This document shows, in pieces, positions 24,907-37,295 of a DNA stretch of 64,000 bases. The notes under the pieces were generated by a model. The model did no database searches and had not been told where the DNA came from. It was given only the letters and a program-made list of their open reading frames with translations. This DNA is from Camelus dromedarius (taxonomy: Eukaryota). Position 1 is the stretch's first letter, and the number at the start of each line of letters is the position of its first letter. The stretch lies in contig NC_087436.1 in assembly GCF_036321535.1 (NCBI RefSeq), positions 111,540,001 to 111,604,000 on the forward strand, in the 5' to 3' direction. The position numbers and the translations under genes are program-made.

Positions 24907-26493
24907 TTATCAGAGAAAAGAAAGATTACTGTGATAGAAGGGGCAGGAGAGACTTCAAAGGTGGACACGGCTCAGTTAGTGGGTCCATTCTGGATGGGAT
25001 TTGGAGAGATGGAACTCGGAAACACCATGAACTTGACGTCAGACTCACCCACACTTACTAGAGCATCTGCCTGGATACCTCCCCGTTTCCCCAGCAGAAC
25101 ACTCAGAGCACACAAATATCTGCTGGCAGTGCCTGCTCGCAGCTCCCCGCCAGCACCAAACATGGAGGAAAAGGGGAGAGTGGTATTTGGGGACCCAAGA
25201 CCCGAATCTAATTTAAACCACTCCTTTTTCTGGTGTGGACGTTTTACTCCCTTGGGCTGTAGATTGGCGCTTATATTTTTTCCCCTCCCAATCAGTTTTA
25301 CTCTCTTTCACCCTCTGTCACTGCTTCATGCTTCGACTGGATTTTAAGCTTCTGTTTATTGAATAGGAATGAGAGTATTCAGGTTTGTACATATGCACAA
25401 AGAAAGGAGATTTGCAAAGGCATGACAGCCATCACTGTATTCTAGATATCTTTGGTCCACACAATTTGTGAACCTTAACCCTCCCATACGTGACTGGGGT
25501 GGTGGAGGAGGGGTTGTGTTCATTGTTTGTTAAGCATTTAGCCATGTGAAGACAAATCAGGTAAAACCATGGAATCACAGAGCTGCAGAGTCAGAGAAGA
25601 CCTTTTAAATTCCACCATTATGTTAAAGGCAAAATGTATCTCTTGGATAGATGTGTCTATAGTTTAGGAAAATTCCTTGGTAGACCTTTTAGTTGAAGAA
25701 TGCAAGCCCCTTCTTACTGCTTCCCCAGCACATCCTAGGCATACACTGGAAAGATAAAGATGAGATCGGAATATGCTTATGCAGTAAAAGGAGGCAGAAT
25801 TTCAAACACCCGGTTGCAGCCAAGACAAGAACTTATCAGGGTCCAGGTATGTGTGTAAGGGGGATGGAGGAACCTGAGTGACTTTGCAGGATGCTGAGGC
25901 AAAGGGAGGAGACACAAAACCAGAAGTCATTCTTTGCAGCGGGGAATGGAAAGTTATCTTTCTAGGGGGTTGATTGATACCTGATTTTTATTTTTTTATT
26001 ATTATTTTTTCTTTTTAATTCATTTGTATTTGTTACAACCTTTTAAAGCCATATGTGACTTGAGCACTACATTTCCATTCACGAAACTTGCTGAGTTACT
26101 TTTCAAACAGCTTTACAACATGCTTCAGGTAGGCTTATAATTTTGCTACTCTAAACAAATTTGAATTGCTTTCTCTTCCATGCTCTAAATACCCTCTGCT
26201 ACCCCCAAAATTTTAGTAAAACCTGATGCACACAATTGTCTTGTGTTAGTGGTACTCTGGGGAATAAGTGTGGAGTGGAGTTCTGTAAGCCAGAGGGTCC
26301 ACGTGGCACAGGTGATGGTGCAGGCAAGAGGGTGACCTGGCTCAGAGGCAGACAAGGAAGAAGGAAACTGAGTACCATTTCACTTATAAAAGAAAGGTGG
26401 CCCTTGAAGGGGAGCTGGAGGCACATGATTTTGAGTTCACCTTATCTATGAATTCCATCTTTGAAAAACCCATACATCTGATGAAACACTTTC

Positions 26494-26495
<2 letters not shown>

Positions 26496-26544
<49 letters not shown>

Positions 26545-26557
26545 TATTATTATTATT
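26496..26557. repeat. (TTA)n microsatellite, about 20 units
   Basis: Directly visible; one CTA interruption. Confidence 0.97.
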
Positions 26558-26649
26558 TGTTTACTTTTATTGCAGTACAGTCGATTACAATGTGTCTATC
26601 TCTGGTGTACAGCACAATATCCGAGTCACGCATAAACATACATATATTC
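26496..26649 (-). mobile_element. Very short L1 3' end whose tail has become (TTA)n
   Basis: gtacagtcgattacaatgtgtctatctctggtgtacagcacaat; perfect 13-bp TSD gaaacactttctt at 26483-26495 and 26650-26662. Confidence 0.9.
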
Positions 26650-27361
26650 GAAACACTTTCTTGATTGTCATCCAAACCATGGATACAGAGCAGCAACAGG
26701 CGGGGAAGACGCTGCTGTTTCCCTGGGGAATAATACCAGAGGCTGCCTTTAGAGATCCACGGCTTTGTGCCGATTAGAATTCTTGGGTGTCGGCAATCAA
26801 CTAGTTACAAAGTGCCGAAGCTGTATGTTCATCAGGCTCTCGCTTCTCCAATTTCCCCAGAAGGACTTTTTGATGTGTTTTGTCAGGTGTTATCTGGAAG
26901 CCAGATACCCCACGTCTGATGGGTTTCCTTTACTTCCTCAGCTAGGCATGTCATTTGAAATGGGAATAGATCAATCAGATGCGACTGATTTTTCATAAAC
27001 ATGCTGCTTCCCTTTGTCTGTATTTGGTGTACTCAGTTATCACAAGCTGCTTTCTAATAGACATCTCGTCTGTCAGGCTGGAAGTGACTGTGGTGATGAA
27101 TTGTCTAATTTCACAGTCTCATTTTGCAGAAGACCCTGAGCCTTGACTTGGCCAAGGTCACACAGCTGGTAAAAAGTAAGGGATTGAATTTAGCTTGTAA
27201 TCAACATCTCCTCCAGTTTTCTACTACATGCTTTTCGGATGGTCTGTGTATGTACTTTGTAGCTCAACTGAAGTCTTTTATTTTTGCTTTTAAAATGTGC
27301 ATGTACTCTTATACCAGCTAGAGGGTAGACTCCTGTAAGATCAGATACACTTTAATCATCT

Positions 27362-27450
27362 GTACCAGGGGGTCAGGGATGCAAACATCCTACAATGCAC
27401 ACAGATGTGCCCCATCACGAAGAATGATCCAGTTGCAAATTCCGATAAGA
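27362..27450. mobile_element. MER20-like 3' half
   Basis: ggtcagggatgcaaacatcctacaatgcaca...aagaatgatccag. Confidence 0.55.
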
Positions 27451-27465
27451 ATCAAATCTATTATC

Positions 27466-27625
27466 ATTTTTTTCTTTTTGTTTTTTTGGGGGGAGGGGAT
27501 TAGGTTTATTTTATTTATTAATTTAAAAATTTTTATTATCATTTTTTAATGGAAGTACTAGGGATGGAACCCAGGACCTCGTGCATGCTGAACTCACACT
27601 CTCCCACTGAGCTAGACCCTCTCCC
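27466..27625 (-). mobile_element. tRNA-derived SINE, Vic-1-like
   Basis: Reverse complement of the same SINE: gggatggaacccaggacctcgtgcatgc...cactgagctagaccctctccc. Confidence 0.85.
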
Positions 27626-28041
27626 AGGTCTGTTATCTCTGGCAACATATTCCCTGTTTGTACCCTGCACCAAAGAGCTCTGCAGAATACCTTCAGACCT
27701 GTGTGTCTATATTCAACTAAAATTATTTAAGAGTTTACTTCCAAGTGACCGTAAGTCTTGAGTTCTGCACTGATGAACTAAGTCCCTTCAGATCAGTGCT
27801 TCTGCTGAGAACTAGAAAAGTGAGCAAACAGCTGTGAGAAGGCACTGGGGCAGCTCACATGCGGGGAGAATCTGCCGGCCCAGGACCTGTGACAGGAAAG
27901 ACCTGGGAGGGGTGAGCTCTCTGTTGGAGCAGTTTTCCCTTCATCCTGACGTGGCCATGAAGAGGCTGAGAAGTGGGTGGAGCTTTGAGGGCCTCAGGGG
28001 CTGGAGGCTTTTGGGGGGTCCTGCAGGTCTACAGCCTAGGA

Positions 28042-28255
28042 CAATGGTTCTCAATGCGGGTGTTTTTGCCCCTTCAGGGAACATTGGACAATGTCTGGAG
28101 ACTTTTTGGTTGTCACCGCTGAGCAGACAACTATTAGACTAGTACCCTCTACTGGCCAGGGATGCCATTAAACATCCTACGATGCTCGGATGGCTCCCCC
28201 ATGACAAAGAACGACCTGGTCTAAAATGTCAGTAGTGCCGAACTTGAGAAATTCT
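28042..28255. mobile_element. MER20-like hAT-Charlie MITE
   Basis: caatggttctcaa...ttttgccccttcagggaacatt...caatgtctggagactttttggttgtcac...aaacatcctacgatgc...aaaatgtcagtagtgccga. Confidence 0.88.
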
Positions 28256-29029
28256 CATTAGGAGTGAAGGAGAACTGGAAATAAACCAGCCCTCACAGAC
28301 TGAAGCCCAGCTTCCAACCACCCCAATCTCTGAAAATCTCTGGTTGGCTTTTCAGCCTAGGTTTCTGACAAAAGCAAATGTAAATCCTTCCTAGAGCAGG
28401 ATGACATTACGCAGAACCTCAAATACGTACCAAACACCACACGTAAGGTGGGAGGGGGGAAAGGAGACAAAGTCAAGGATTCTAAGTTGCTTGTGTTGTC
28501 CACTGGCAAAATTCTCATTTACATTAGACTTGAATCAATGAAGTTTGCATGTGGTGGTCTTTATAGAGTAACCACTGAAAGAATGATGCTACATATATTA
28601 TATGTATAAATACAGATTATAAATTATATATGTAAGTTACATGCATTTGAATAGATATTGTATATTGTACATGTATAAATATATGTATTTAACAAAGGAG
28701 GAAATTGAACACTTAATCTATCCAAAAGGAGGAAGGAATTCAAAAGAAATAGAAAAAGCAGCAACAGTATGGTAGAATTAACTCCAAATACATCAGCATA
28801 TATATTCTTATCAAGCTACTAAAGCAAGTGAGATATTAGGAGTATCCTGTGTTTTAAGGCATTTCTGGGAGAGTCTCAACTGATAGGGGGCTATCCCCAA
28901 GTAATTAAATAATATTTTCAAAAAATATTCCTTTACTATTTTCTTCAGGTAATATATAATATCTCTCACTGCCCCTATACTATTTTTTTTATATGAAGAA
29001 CAGTAGCATTTGTTCCACTCAGAAGTCTA

Positions 29030-29450
29030 CAGGTCACCTGGACAGCCCTGCTGCTCCAGGACAGGCTTAGCTGATCTTGGCTGGACTTGCTCACGGATCT
29101 GCAGCTGGTAGGAAGGTCAGCTGGCGGCTCCAGCCTAGTGGGATTAGGACATCTCTTGTCTGACTCGAGCAGACTAGACCAGCCTTATTCTTCTGGAGCA
29201 GGCTGGTATCTGAAAGAGTGAGTAGAAGCCCCCAAGGCCTCTTGGGGACCAGGCTCAGGATGCACACAGCTTCACTTCTGCTGCATCTTGTCGGCCAAAG
29301 CAAGTTACAAGGCCAGCTCAGTTTCGGGAATAGGGGAGATAGACTCCACCTCTCTAGACAAGGTTCTAAAATCTCACATTGTTGGAAACATGTTTACACA
29401 TAGGGGTGAAAAACCAGTCTTCACAGCAATCAGTCTACCACACCACCATC
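29030..29450 (-). mobile_element. Old MaLR LTR (MLT1H/I-like)
   Basis: gcttagctgatcttggctggacttgctcac...cacttctgctgcatcttgtcggccaaagcaagttacaaggccagctcag...agactccacctct. Confidence 0.7.
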
Positions 29451-29607
29451 TTGGCATGAGAACTGATTCTGTGAGTAAGTGAAGAGAATTTGGTTAAAGG
29501 CAGTGTGGTACTCTGGGAGGATGGCAGTGCTTTGTAAGTCATAGCAAAGCAGTTGGCAGATTTTTCCTGATTGTGTCCTGGCCCCTGTGCTCTTTTTAGC
29601 CACATTT

Positions 29608-30180
29608 TCATTCAGAATTCTTTGGCTGCAAGCAACAGAAATGGACTTAAGCAAAAAGTCCATTTGCTTAAGCAAAAACAAAAACAAAAACAAAAACAAA
29701 AACAAAAACAAAAACAAAAACAAAAAAAGGAAATTTGCTGACAAGGCATGGAGGAGTTCATAGAACTGCCTAGAAGTTTGGAGACGTAAGCACAGGATTC
29801 AAGGCATTTATGAAGGAGGGTTGGATACAGAGGTGGCAAGAACAATGCAACGGTCTTATTTGGAAATTGCAGTGGGATATATGAGCTTTCACCTTCCTTC
29901 CTTCCCTCCTTCCTTCCTTCATTCCTCTCTTTCTGTCTTTTCTTCTTTCTTCTCTCTCTCTCTGTCACTTCGTTTAAGGTTCAAATTTCAGCAAGACCAT
30001 CCAAATGGTCTAACTTGGCCAGACTCCCTACCCAATGGTTAGGGGAACACAAGGCATTCCAAGTGGCATTCCCATCAGGTATATTCAATAGAAAAGTAAT
30101 ATCCCAAAGATAATATGGGCACAGTTATCAAAAGAAGGGGAAACATGCTGGGCAGCCAAGAATACCCTATGTCCAATATA
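29608..30180 (-). mobile_element. Old MaLR LTR (MLT1K/L-like) containing two microsatellites
   Basis: tcagaattctttggctgcaagcaacagaaa...cttaagcaaaa at the left end and gaaggggaaacatgctgggcagcca...tgtccaata at the right end. Confidence 0.65.
29673..29728. repeat. (CAAAAA)n hexanucleotide repeat, about 9 units
   Basis: Directly visible. Confidence 0.97.
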
Positions 30181-32109
30181 CCTTTTGGAAAAAAATTCCA
30201 AGTAGCTCTACTATGATCACTGATTTTCCAGGAAAGAATTTACAATGGAAGAGTGCACATATAGGAATGAAAAGACTGGGAAGATTTATAAGATACAAGT
30301 AATTGTTTTTGCATTGCGGGACAATGGTTGGTTCCATTTTTCTTCTGCTGTTTTTTTCCTATAGTGTGCATTTATTACTTTTTTAATAGAAAATAAAATT
30401 TATATTTTAAGATGAGTGAGATGAAGAAGGAATGTCCCTTTTGATAGTCTGAGGACATATTCACCTGTTACTCTGAATTAATAACAGGAGAATATGTTCA
30501 TATGCTGCATATGAAATGCAGCAATGGTCATGGTCTTACGTATTAAACTCTAAACAGAAACAAAAAAGACAACCAAAAAAATCCCCCCCCCGACCCCCCA
30601 GTTTGGAAAGGACCTGTGCTTGTGGGTTGGGTGCAGAAGGAAGCAATTTCCCTCCATTCTCTGCCTGAGTCGTCCTTTTGAACTTTGCTATTTGTTTCGC
30701 TAATAAGGTGTTTCATTATTTCTCCCATATAAAGTGCCCGTGCTGTTACGAGATGCTGTTGAAGGCTCTGGTTTGCCCAGATGTGTCTCAGTGAAAACAG
30801 CCTTTCTGTGCAGCAAATGAGACCTGTGGGAAGAGGGGATTCTTTTTCAGAGCTTGGAAAAAGAAAAAAAAAAAAAAGCCATTTTCCCTGCAGGGATGAC
30901 AGAACACATTCTTTCCTAATCAGTGGGTCACTCACCTCTGAGCGAGGCTGGGGAGAACCATCATCTAATTCTGGCCTAAGGCTGGGCCATCAGATGCAGT
31001 GTCTTCTCCTGACCCTTCTTCCAGCTCTTGTACCAGTTTTCATCATCAGATTTCTCTGCTCCCTTGGACCAGCTGGAAAGAAGTTATGAGCTCTCTCCAT
31101 CATTCACCAATCTCCTAGGCCCTTCCTCCTCTGAAGTTTTCTTATTTGGGGTCTTTTTTCTTTCCCTCTTCGTGTTTCTTCTCCACCTTCCACAACCTTT
31201 TTATCTCTGGAGAGTTCTGCCGGTGCCTCTAGGCCTTTCCCTTTCTATTTAGTTCTCGGAACCCATTCTGGGGTTCTGTTTGAGTCCATCTGTCTCTCCA
31301 GCTGACCACGGTGGAAACCAGGGAGTGCAATCAGTCCCGGCTGACGGAGGCATCCGCTTTGCTTGTGCTCCCGTCGCCTCGGTCGTGGGCTATTTCCATG
31401 CCTCCAGAAGAGCCGCCCGCTCAGAGCTGGGACTGAGCCTTTTCCCCTCCTGCCAAGGGGCCCTGCTTCCAAAACCCAAATTAGAAAAGATGGGACATTT
31501 AAGAGAAAATTAAATTTGTGCTGTCTCGGCATTTCCTTTTCCAGTAGCAGAGTTCTTAGGCTTTGATAATTCCAGAGTGAGAACACAGATTATTAAGTGG
31601 ATTGTGGGGGAGGGCTCTCGGTGGAGACAAAACCCCTCCTCTTTGAGGCCTGTTACTGCTCCCTGTGCGCCCTGCCAGCTCTCTCACTCAGTGCTGAGGG
31701 GGTCTGTGTACGTGACCACGTTTCACCCTCCAGACCGAGGGCTTTGGGGGACAGGGACCGTGTTTCCCGGGCCTGCGGGTCCACATCCATCTCATCACGT
31801 ATCTGGATTAGAGCTGGGATTCCCCGCCTCCCGGAAGAGCTGTCTTCAAGCCAAGCCACCCACTGAATGTGTCCTGAGCTCCTAGGTGGTTTTGACTGAT
31901 TCCAGCTGAGAAGAGCCAGGCAGAGGGGGAGGCAAGCAGAGAAGGAAGGGAGGATGTAGGGTTGAAGAAGAAGGGCAGCAGCACACGCCCCCAGGAGCCA
32001 GGGCTGGAGTGAACGTGGCTGAGACAGAGCCAAGGCGAAGGCCCCTTCAGTCCTTCCATCTGGGAGGGTCTGATCATTTCCTCTAAGTCTCCCTGTCTTT
32101 AGGGATAAT

Positions 32110-32372
32110 AAGAATGGCAACAGTGATGATAATAGTGGCGAATGATTGATACCGATTCGGCCTTGAAGGAACTGCTTTAAATGCTTTACATTTACTAACT
32201 CACGTTGTCCTCACCGTAATCCTAAAATAGGTGTCCTGGTCTTGCCACCCCCACTTTACAGATGAGGAAATGGAGGCTGAGAAACTTGCCCAAGGTCATA
32301 CTGCTAGTAAGTGGTGGACCAGACACTGTGAGTCCCGGTTGGTGACTCCAGGGCTTGGTCTTGTAACCACCA
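32110..32372 (-). mobile_element. MIR SINE
   Basis: cccactttacagatgaggaaatggaggctgagaaacttgcccaaggtcatactgctagtaagtgg. Confidence 0.85.
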
Positions 32373-32825
32373 GACTCTGGTGATTCACAAATGCTGATGT
32401 CCAGGATGGGGTTGTCTCCAGCGGGTCTAACCGCAGCCTCCCTGGGGTGACTACATGCTAGGACATTGGGCTCCTATCTTTACACTCCTCCTAGAACTGC
32501 TCAGGGATGAAACTGATGAGGGCCTGGGAAGATGGAGGAAGGAAGGAAGGAATGGGGACCCTCTTATGCAAACCCACTTCTCCTTTTTCCCTACCTCCAG
32601 CAGATGGTGCCTCCTTGCAACCAGCTTAGGAACAAGGAGCCTGTGAATTTCCCTGTGCTGCCTCTGCCCTCTCTCCCTGTGTCACCGGGACCTCCTAATG
32701 CTACTCACCCCCTCCCTTTTCAGGGACCACCGCTGCCACCTTCAGTTCCCGTCAGCACTCTCTAGGGTCCTTGCAGCAGTACCTAATGGATGCCCCGGCC
32801 CCAGTGCTTCCCACACTCCTTAAAA

Positions 32826-32950
32826 CAGAGGCTGTTGAGCCCCTGCTCCGATTCTGATTCCCTGGGCCTGAGAACTTGCATGCCCCCAGGTTCTCAGGTG
32901 TTGACGATACTGCTGGTTGGGGACTGACTGCACTTGGAGACCCACTGTGC
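32826..32950. mobile_element. MER5A-like fragment
   Basis: ttctgattccctgggcctgagaacttgcat...caggtgttgacgatactgctggttggggactgactgcacttggagacccactg. Confidence 0.6.
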
Positions 32951-34965
32951 TAACCTGCTGTCCGTACAACCTCCAGAGAAGTCACCTCAAACCATCAGAC
33001 TCCCATGTTTTGAACCCACCATGGCTCCCCATTGCCCTCCGGAGAAAGCCCAAACTGCCTAGCACAGGCCACAGCTTACTGCAGCCTCACCCTGCCTGTG
33101 GGCTATTAGACCCCTTCAGGGAAGAGCTGCCCCAGCACTGGCCCCACACCCCCAAGACTGCTGTCTCCCCCTTTTCCCACAGCACTGGGGGGCACAACAC
33201 CTGACATCCGTCGCTCTTCTAGGGTCAGACCTGGTGTTCGCAGAGGTGCTGCTGGTGGCAGGGTCTGAGTCTTCCTTTGGGTGACAGCCCTGACAGTCCC
33301 CTCGCCTGGCCTGGCTGCTGCTGGGACTCCTACCAGCAGAGTTTGCTCCTTGGTTTCACCCTCCCCCTTGCTTGGGCTGGGCGAGCCCCCTCTTTTTCTG
33401 GTCCTTTGCTCTTTGGGTCTGACTTCTTTACAAGCGCACCTGGGGCCCTCTGAGACAGATGAAATGCCAGCTCTGCAGCGGGCAGCTTCCTTCCAGGGAC
33501 TCCTGCTAGTGATACCATTGATTCAGCAAGTAATCTTGGTTCGATAGGATCTGCGTCTCTGCAGCCTGTTCCCCAGCCCCTTCCAGGGGGAAACTCCCTG
33601 CTGATTGCCCAAGTGGTTATTATTGTCACTGTCTCATGTGCTCTTTTGCTACCAAACCAGCGGGAGAAGGAAATGCAGACCTGGGAGAGAGGACTCATGG
33701 TGTTGTACCCTGATTTGCTCTTATCTTAAAATCCAGGTAAACATTCTACACTTTGAAATGGATCTAAAGTTCCCAAAGAAACCTGGATGACTTCACTGAT
33801 TAAATTCTTCCCTCCTCCCTCCAAGCCAGTGGGAGAGTCCCTGTGCTTTCCCAGGGGCTCCTGTTCCCTCTTCCATGGAATAAGGACTTTGGAGTAATGA
33901 CCACTAGGGGCTTGTCCTCAAAAGTCCTGACTCCTGTCACTGTGGGAATTTTGCCTGTTCCTAATTAACCCTGATCTTGTTCTCTCTGTAGCCTCAAGCT
34001 GAGCCTGCATCTTGGGCTCAAAAATGCAGGATGCATTAGAGCTGGGGAAGAGCGAGAGGCGTTTGCTCTTAGGAAAATCAATTTGGATTCAGCAAATACT
34101 GTTGAGCCCCCTACTGTGTCCATTTCCTGTGCTAGGTTCACCTACAGAGGCATAGATTCTCCCTCAGAGCCTGCCTTGCACCAAGATGGCCATGTAAATA
34201 AGTAAATAAATAAAACAATGAGATAAAGAGATTCCATTTGTCTTCATAATCCTCCCTAACCAATTGCTTTGTTTGTTATTTTTAAATGGAATTTGCATTT
34301 TTGATTTCATTTCTTGGGCCTTTGGCTTTCTCTGACCCCACAATTTAAACATTTGCTTTCAGATTGAAGACATTTCACAAGACGGTCTCATTTAAATATC
34401 TTAATATGACTCAGGGTAGATGCCCAAAGAGCAGAGAATCCAGAATCCATGCAGAGAGGCACAACTCATTCTGTTGTAAAGCCAGCTGCATGTGTGACTT
34501 TCTGCTGCATGAGCAGAGCTCTCTGGGGACGAGGACGAGCTCCCACACTCTTTGGTGGCTCAGTGCTGGGTAGAGGGTCAATACTCAGTAAAGTTGCCTG
34601 GAATTTGAGGGGTCTTTCTTCTCCACCCAAAGCATCTCCTAGAGAATATAACAGGGAAGCAGTCAGGTGCAAATGTAAAGGAAGCAAAAAGCAGAAAGAA
34701 CAAAAGGCAAGACAGGATATTCTCCTCAAACCTTTCATCACCTGCCCTGTTCCTCATCCACTTCTCAGAATGTAAGGGCCCTGGTCTTCTTCCTTCTTCC
34801 CTGTCCTGTACAGCAGACTTGCTGGCCCCTCCCGCCACGGGTTGGTGGGGGGCAGTTGCCTCATGCTATCTGTCCTGACTCTGTGTACCAGGCAGCTGCT
34901 TGATGTCTCTACTTCTGAAATCATAGACACTTAGGGTCTGAAAAACACCTATAAGCTTGGAACTC

Positions 34966-36356
34966 TTTATTCATTTATTTATTTTTTTTACTGACATGTA
35001 GTCGGTTTACAATGTTGTGTTAATTTCTGTTGTATAGCACAGTGATTCAGTTATATACATATATATATTCTTTTTCATATTCTTTTTCCTTATAGGTTAT
35101 TACAAGCTATTGAATATAGTTCCCCACACTATACAATAGGATCTTGTTGTTCATCTATTTTATATATAGTAGTTAATATCTGCAAATTCCAAAATCCCAA
35201 TTTATCCCTCCCTTTCCTTCCTCCCTAGTAACCATAAGTTTGTTTTCTATGTCTGTGAGTCTGTTTCTGTTTTGTAAACAATTTCGTTTGTGTCTTTTTT
35301 TTTTTTTTACATTCCACATATAAGTATATCATATCATATATGTTTTTCTCTTTCTGGCTTACTTCACTTAGCATGATGATCTCCAGGTCCATCCATGTTG
35401 CTGCAAATGGTGATATTTTTCTTTTTTATGGCTGAGTAGTATTCCATTATATAAATATCTGCAACTTCTTTATCCAGTCATCTGTCGATGGACATTTAGG
35501 TTGTTTCCATGTCTTGGCTATTGTAAATAGTGCTGCTGTGAACACTGGGGTGCATGTATCTTTTTGAATTAAGGTTCCCTCTGGATATATGCCTAGGATT
35601 GAGATATTGCTGGATCATATAGTTTAAGTCTCTTTTTAGTCTTTTGAGGAATCTCCATACTGTTTTCCATACTTGCTGCACCAAACTACATTCCCACCAA
35701 CAGTGTAGGACTGTTCCCTTTCCTCCACACCCTTTCCAGCATTTATCGTTTGTGGACTTTTGAATAATGGCCATTCTGACTGATGTGAGGTGACACCTCA
35801 TTGTTGTTTTGATTTTCATTTCTCTGATAATTAGCAATACTGAGCATTTTTTCATGTGCCCATTGGCCATTTGTATGTCTTCATTGGGAATTGCTTGTTT
35901 AGGTCTTCTGCCCATTTTTGGATTAGTTTTTTTTTTTTTTTTTCTTATTAAGCTGTATGAGCTATTTATATATTCTGGAAATTAAGCCTTTGTCTGCCTC
36001 ATCTTTTGCAAATATTTTTTCTCATTCCATAGGTTGTCTTTTTGTTTTTCTTATGGTTTCCTTTGCTGTGCAAAAAATTGTGAGTTAAATTAGGTCCCGT
36101 TTGTGAATTTTTGCTTTTATTTCTTTTGCCTGGGTAGACTGCCCTAGGAGAACATTGCTAAGATTTATGTCAGAGAACCTTTTGCCTATGTTTTCTTTTA
36201 AGAGGTTTAAAGTGTCTTGTCTTATGTTTAAGTCTTTAAGCCATTTTGAGTTTATTTTTGTGTATGATGTGAGGGAGTGTTCTAACTTCATTGATTTACA
36301 TGCAGCTGTCCAGTTTTCCCAACATTCTTGCTGGAGAGACAGTCTTTACTCCATTG
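34966..36356 (-). mobile_element. 5'-truncated LINE-1 (ORF2 C-terminus plus 3' UTR), disrupted
   Basis: Minus-strand peptides MKLEHSLTSYTKINSKWLKDLNIR and EDIQMANGHMKKCS...[19 protein letters not shown] (L1 ORF2 cysteine-rich domain); frameshifted; poly-A tail appears as the T-rich left end. Confidence 0.97.
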
Positions 36357-37205
36357 TTGACTTTGTCATTAGAAATACTTTCATATTCTGTTACCATTGT
36401 GGCAGGTATCCTGAAATATCATTTTTGCTTCTTTACCACTTCACTTAAGCCTACTATTTATTATTTAAGGTTTCAGTAAAGAAGCATGTACATTACTTAA
36501 TCTCAAATTTGTGATTTTGAATGTTTTGGTAACTGTATTTTACTATCATCGGTTTCTTTTGTAAGCTTATGTATTTAAGAACATTATTCTGAGAAGGCTT
36601 CTGTAGGATTCACCAGACAGCCTTCGTCTTGGCACAAAGATTAAGGCTTTCTTTTCTGATGACATTCTTCTGCTCTTTATTTGGTTTATACACTTCTTTC
36701 TCCATCCCTTACTCTTTAATGTTGCCCAGGATACTTAAATACCTCTTTGTCTCTCCACCCTCTCTCTCTGGGTAAAAATAAAACACATACATAAAAAATT
36801 TCAAGAAACAGAAAAGTGTCCATTTTTTAAGATGTCAACATCTTGGTGAAATCTGAGAAATATTTATTTTTATGCATACTTTAAAAAACATATTTGTAAT
36901 CAAATGATAAATTCCAAGTATGCAACATGCTTCGCTTTTCTTTTAACTAGCAAAATACCGTGTATCACCTTAGCTTGAGATGCCCTCCCCCTTAACATGG
37001 TTAGTGGTCCTATGGCTGCTTACTTGTTCTGAATTATAGCCACTCTTCTTTGCCTTTTGATTAGGTAAGCACACTGTCCTTGGAATGTATTTGGCTTCCT
37101 ATAGGTTCGTCTATTCTTGGTTCATATGTAGTTTTAGTTCTCGTATTTTTAACACCACTTTCAATAATGCTTTCATCATTCTAATAAGGTAGATTCTGGG
37201 GAGAA

Positions 37206-37295
37206 GGGGAGGGTGTATCTCAAGTGGTAGAGCACATGCTTAGCATGAAGGAGGTCCTGGATTCAATCCCTTAATTACCTCTCCCACAAAATAAA
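37206..37295 (+). mobile_element. tRNA-derived SINE, Vic-1-like, internally deleted
   Basis: ggggagggtgtatctcaagtggtagagcacatgcttagcatg...ttcaatccc; 16-bp TSD tagattctggg(g/a)agaa at 37190-37205 and 37296-37311. Confidence 0.88.

Noticed and set aside
26397..26777. Poly-leucine signal-peptide-like ORF
   Set aside because: Translation of the (TTA)n microsatellite and L1 stub.
29430..29968. FLFLFL / FCFCFC repeat ORFs
   Set aside because: Translations of the (CAAAAA)n and (CTTC)n repeats.
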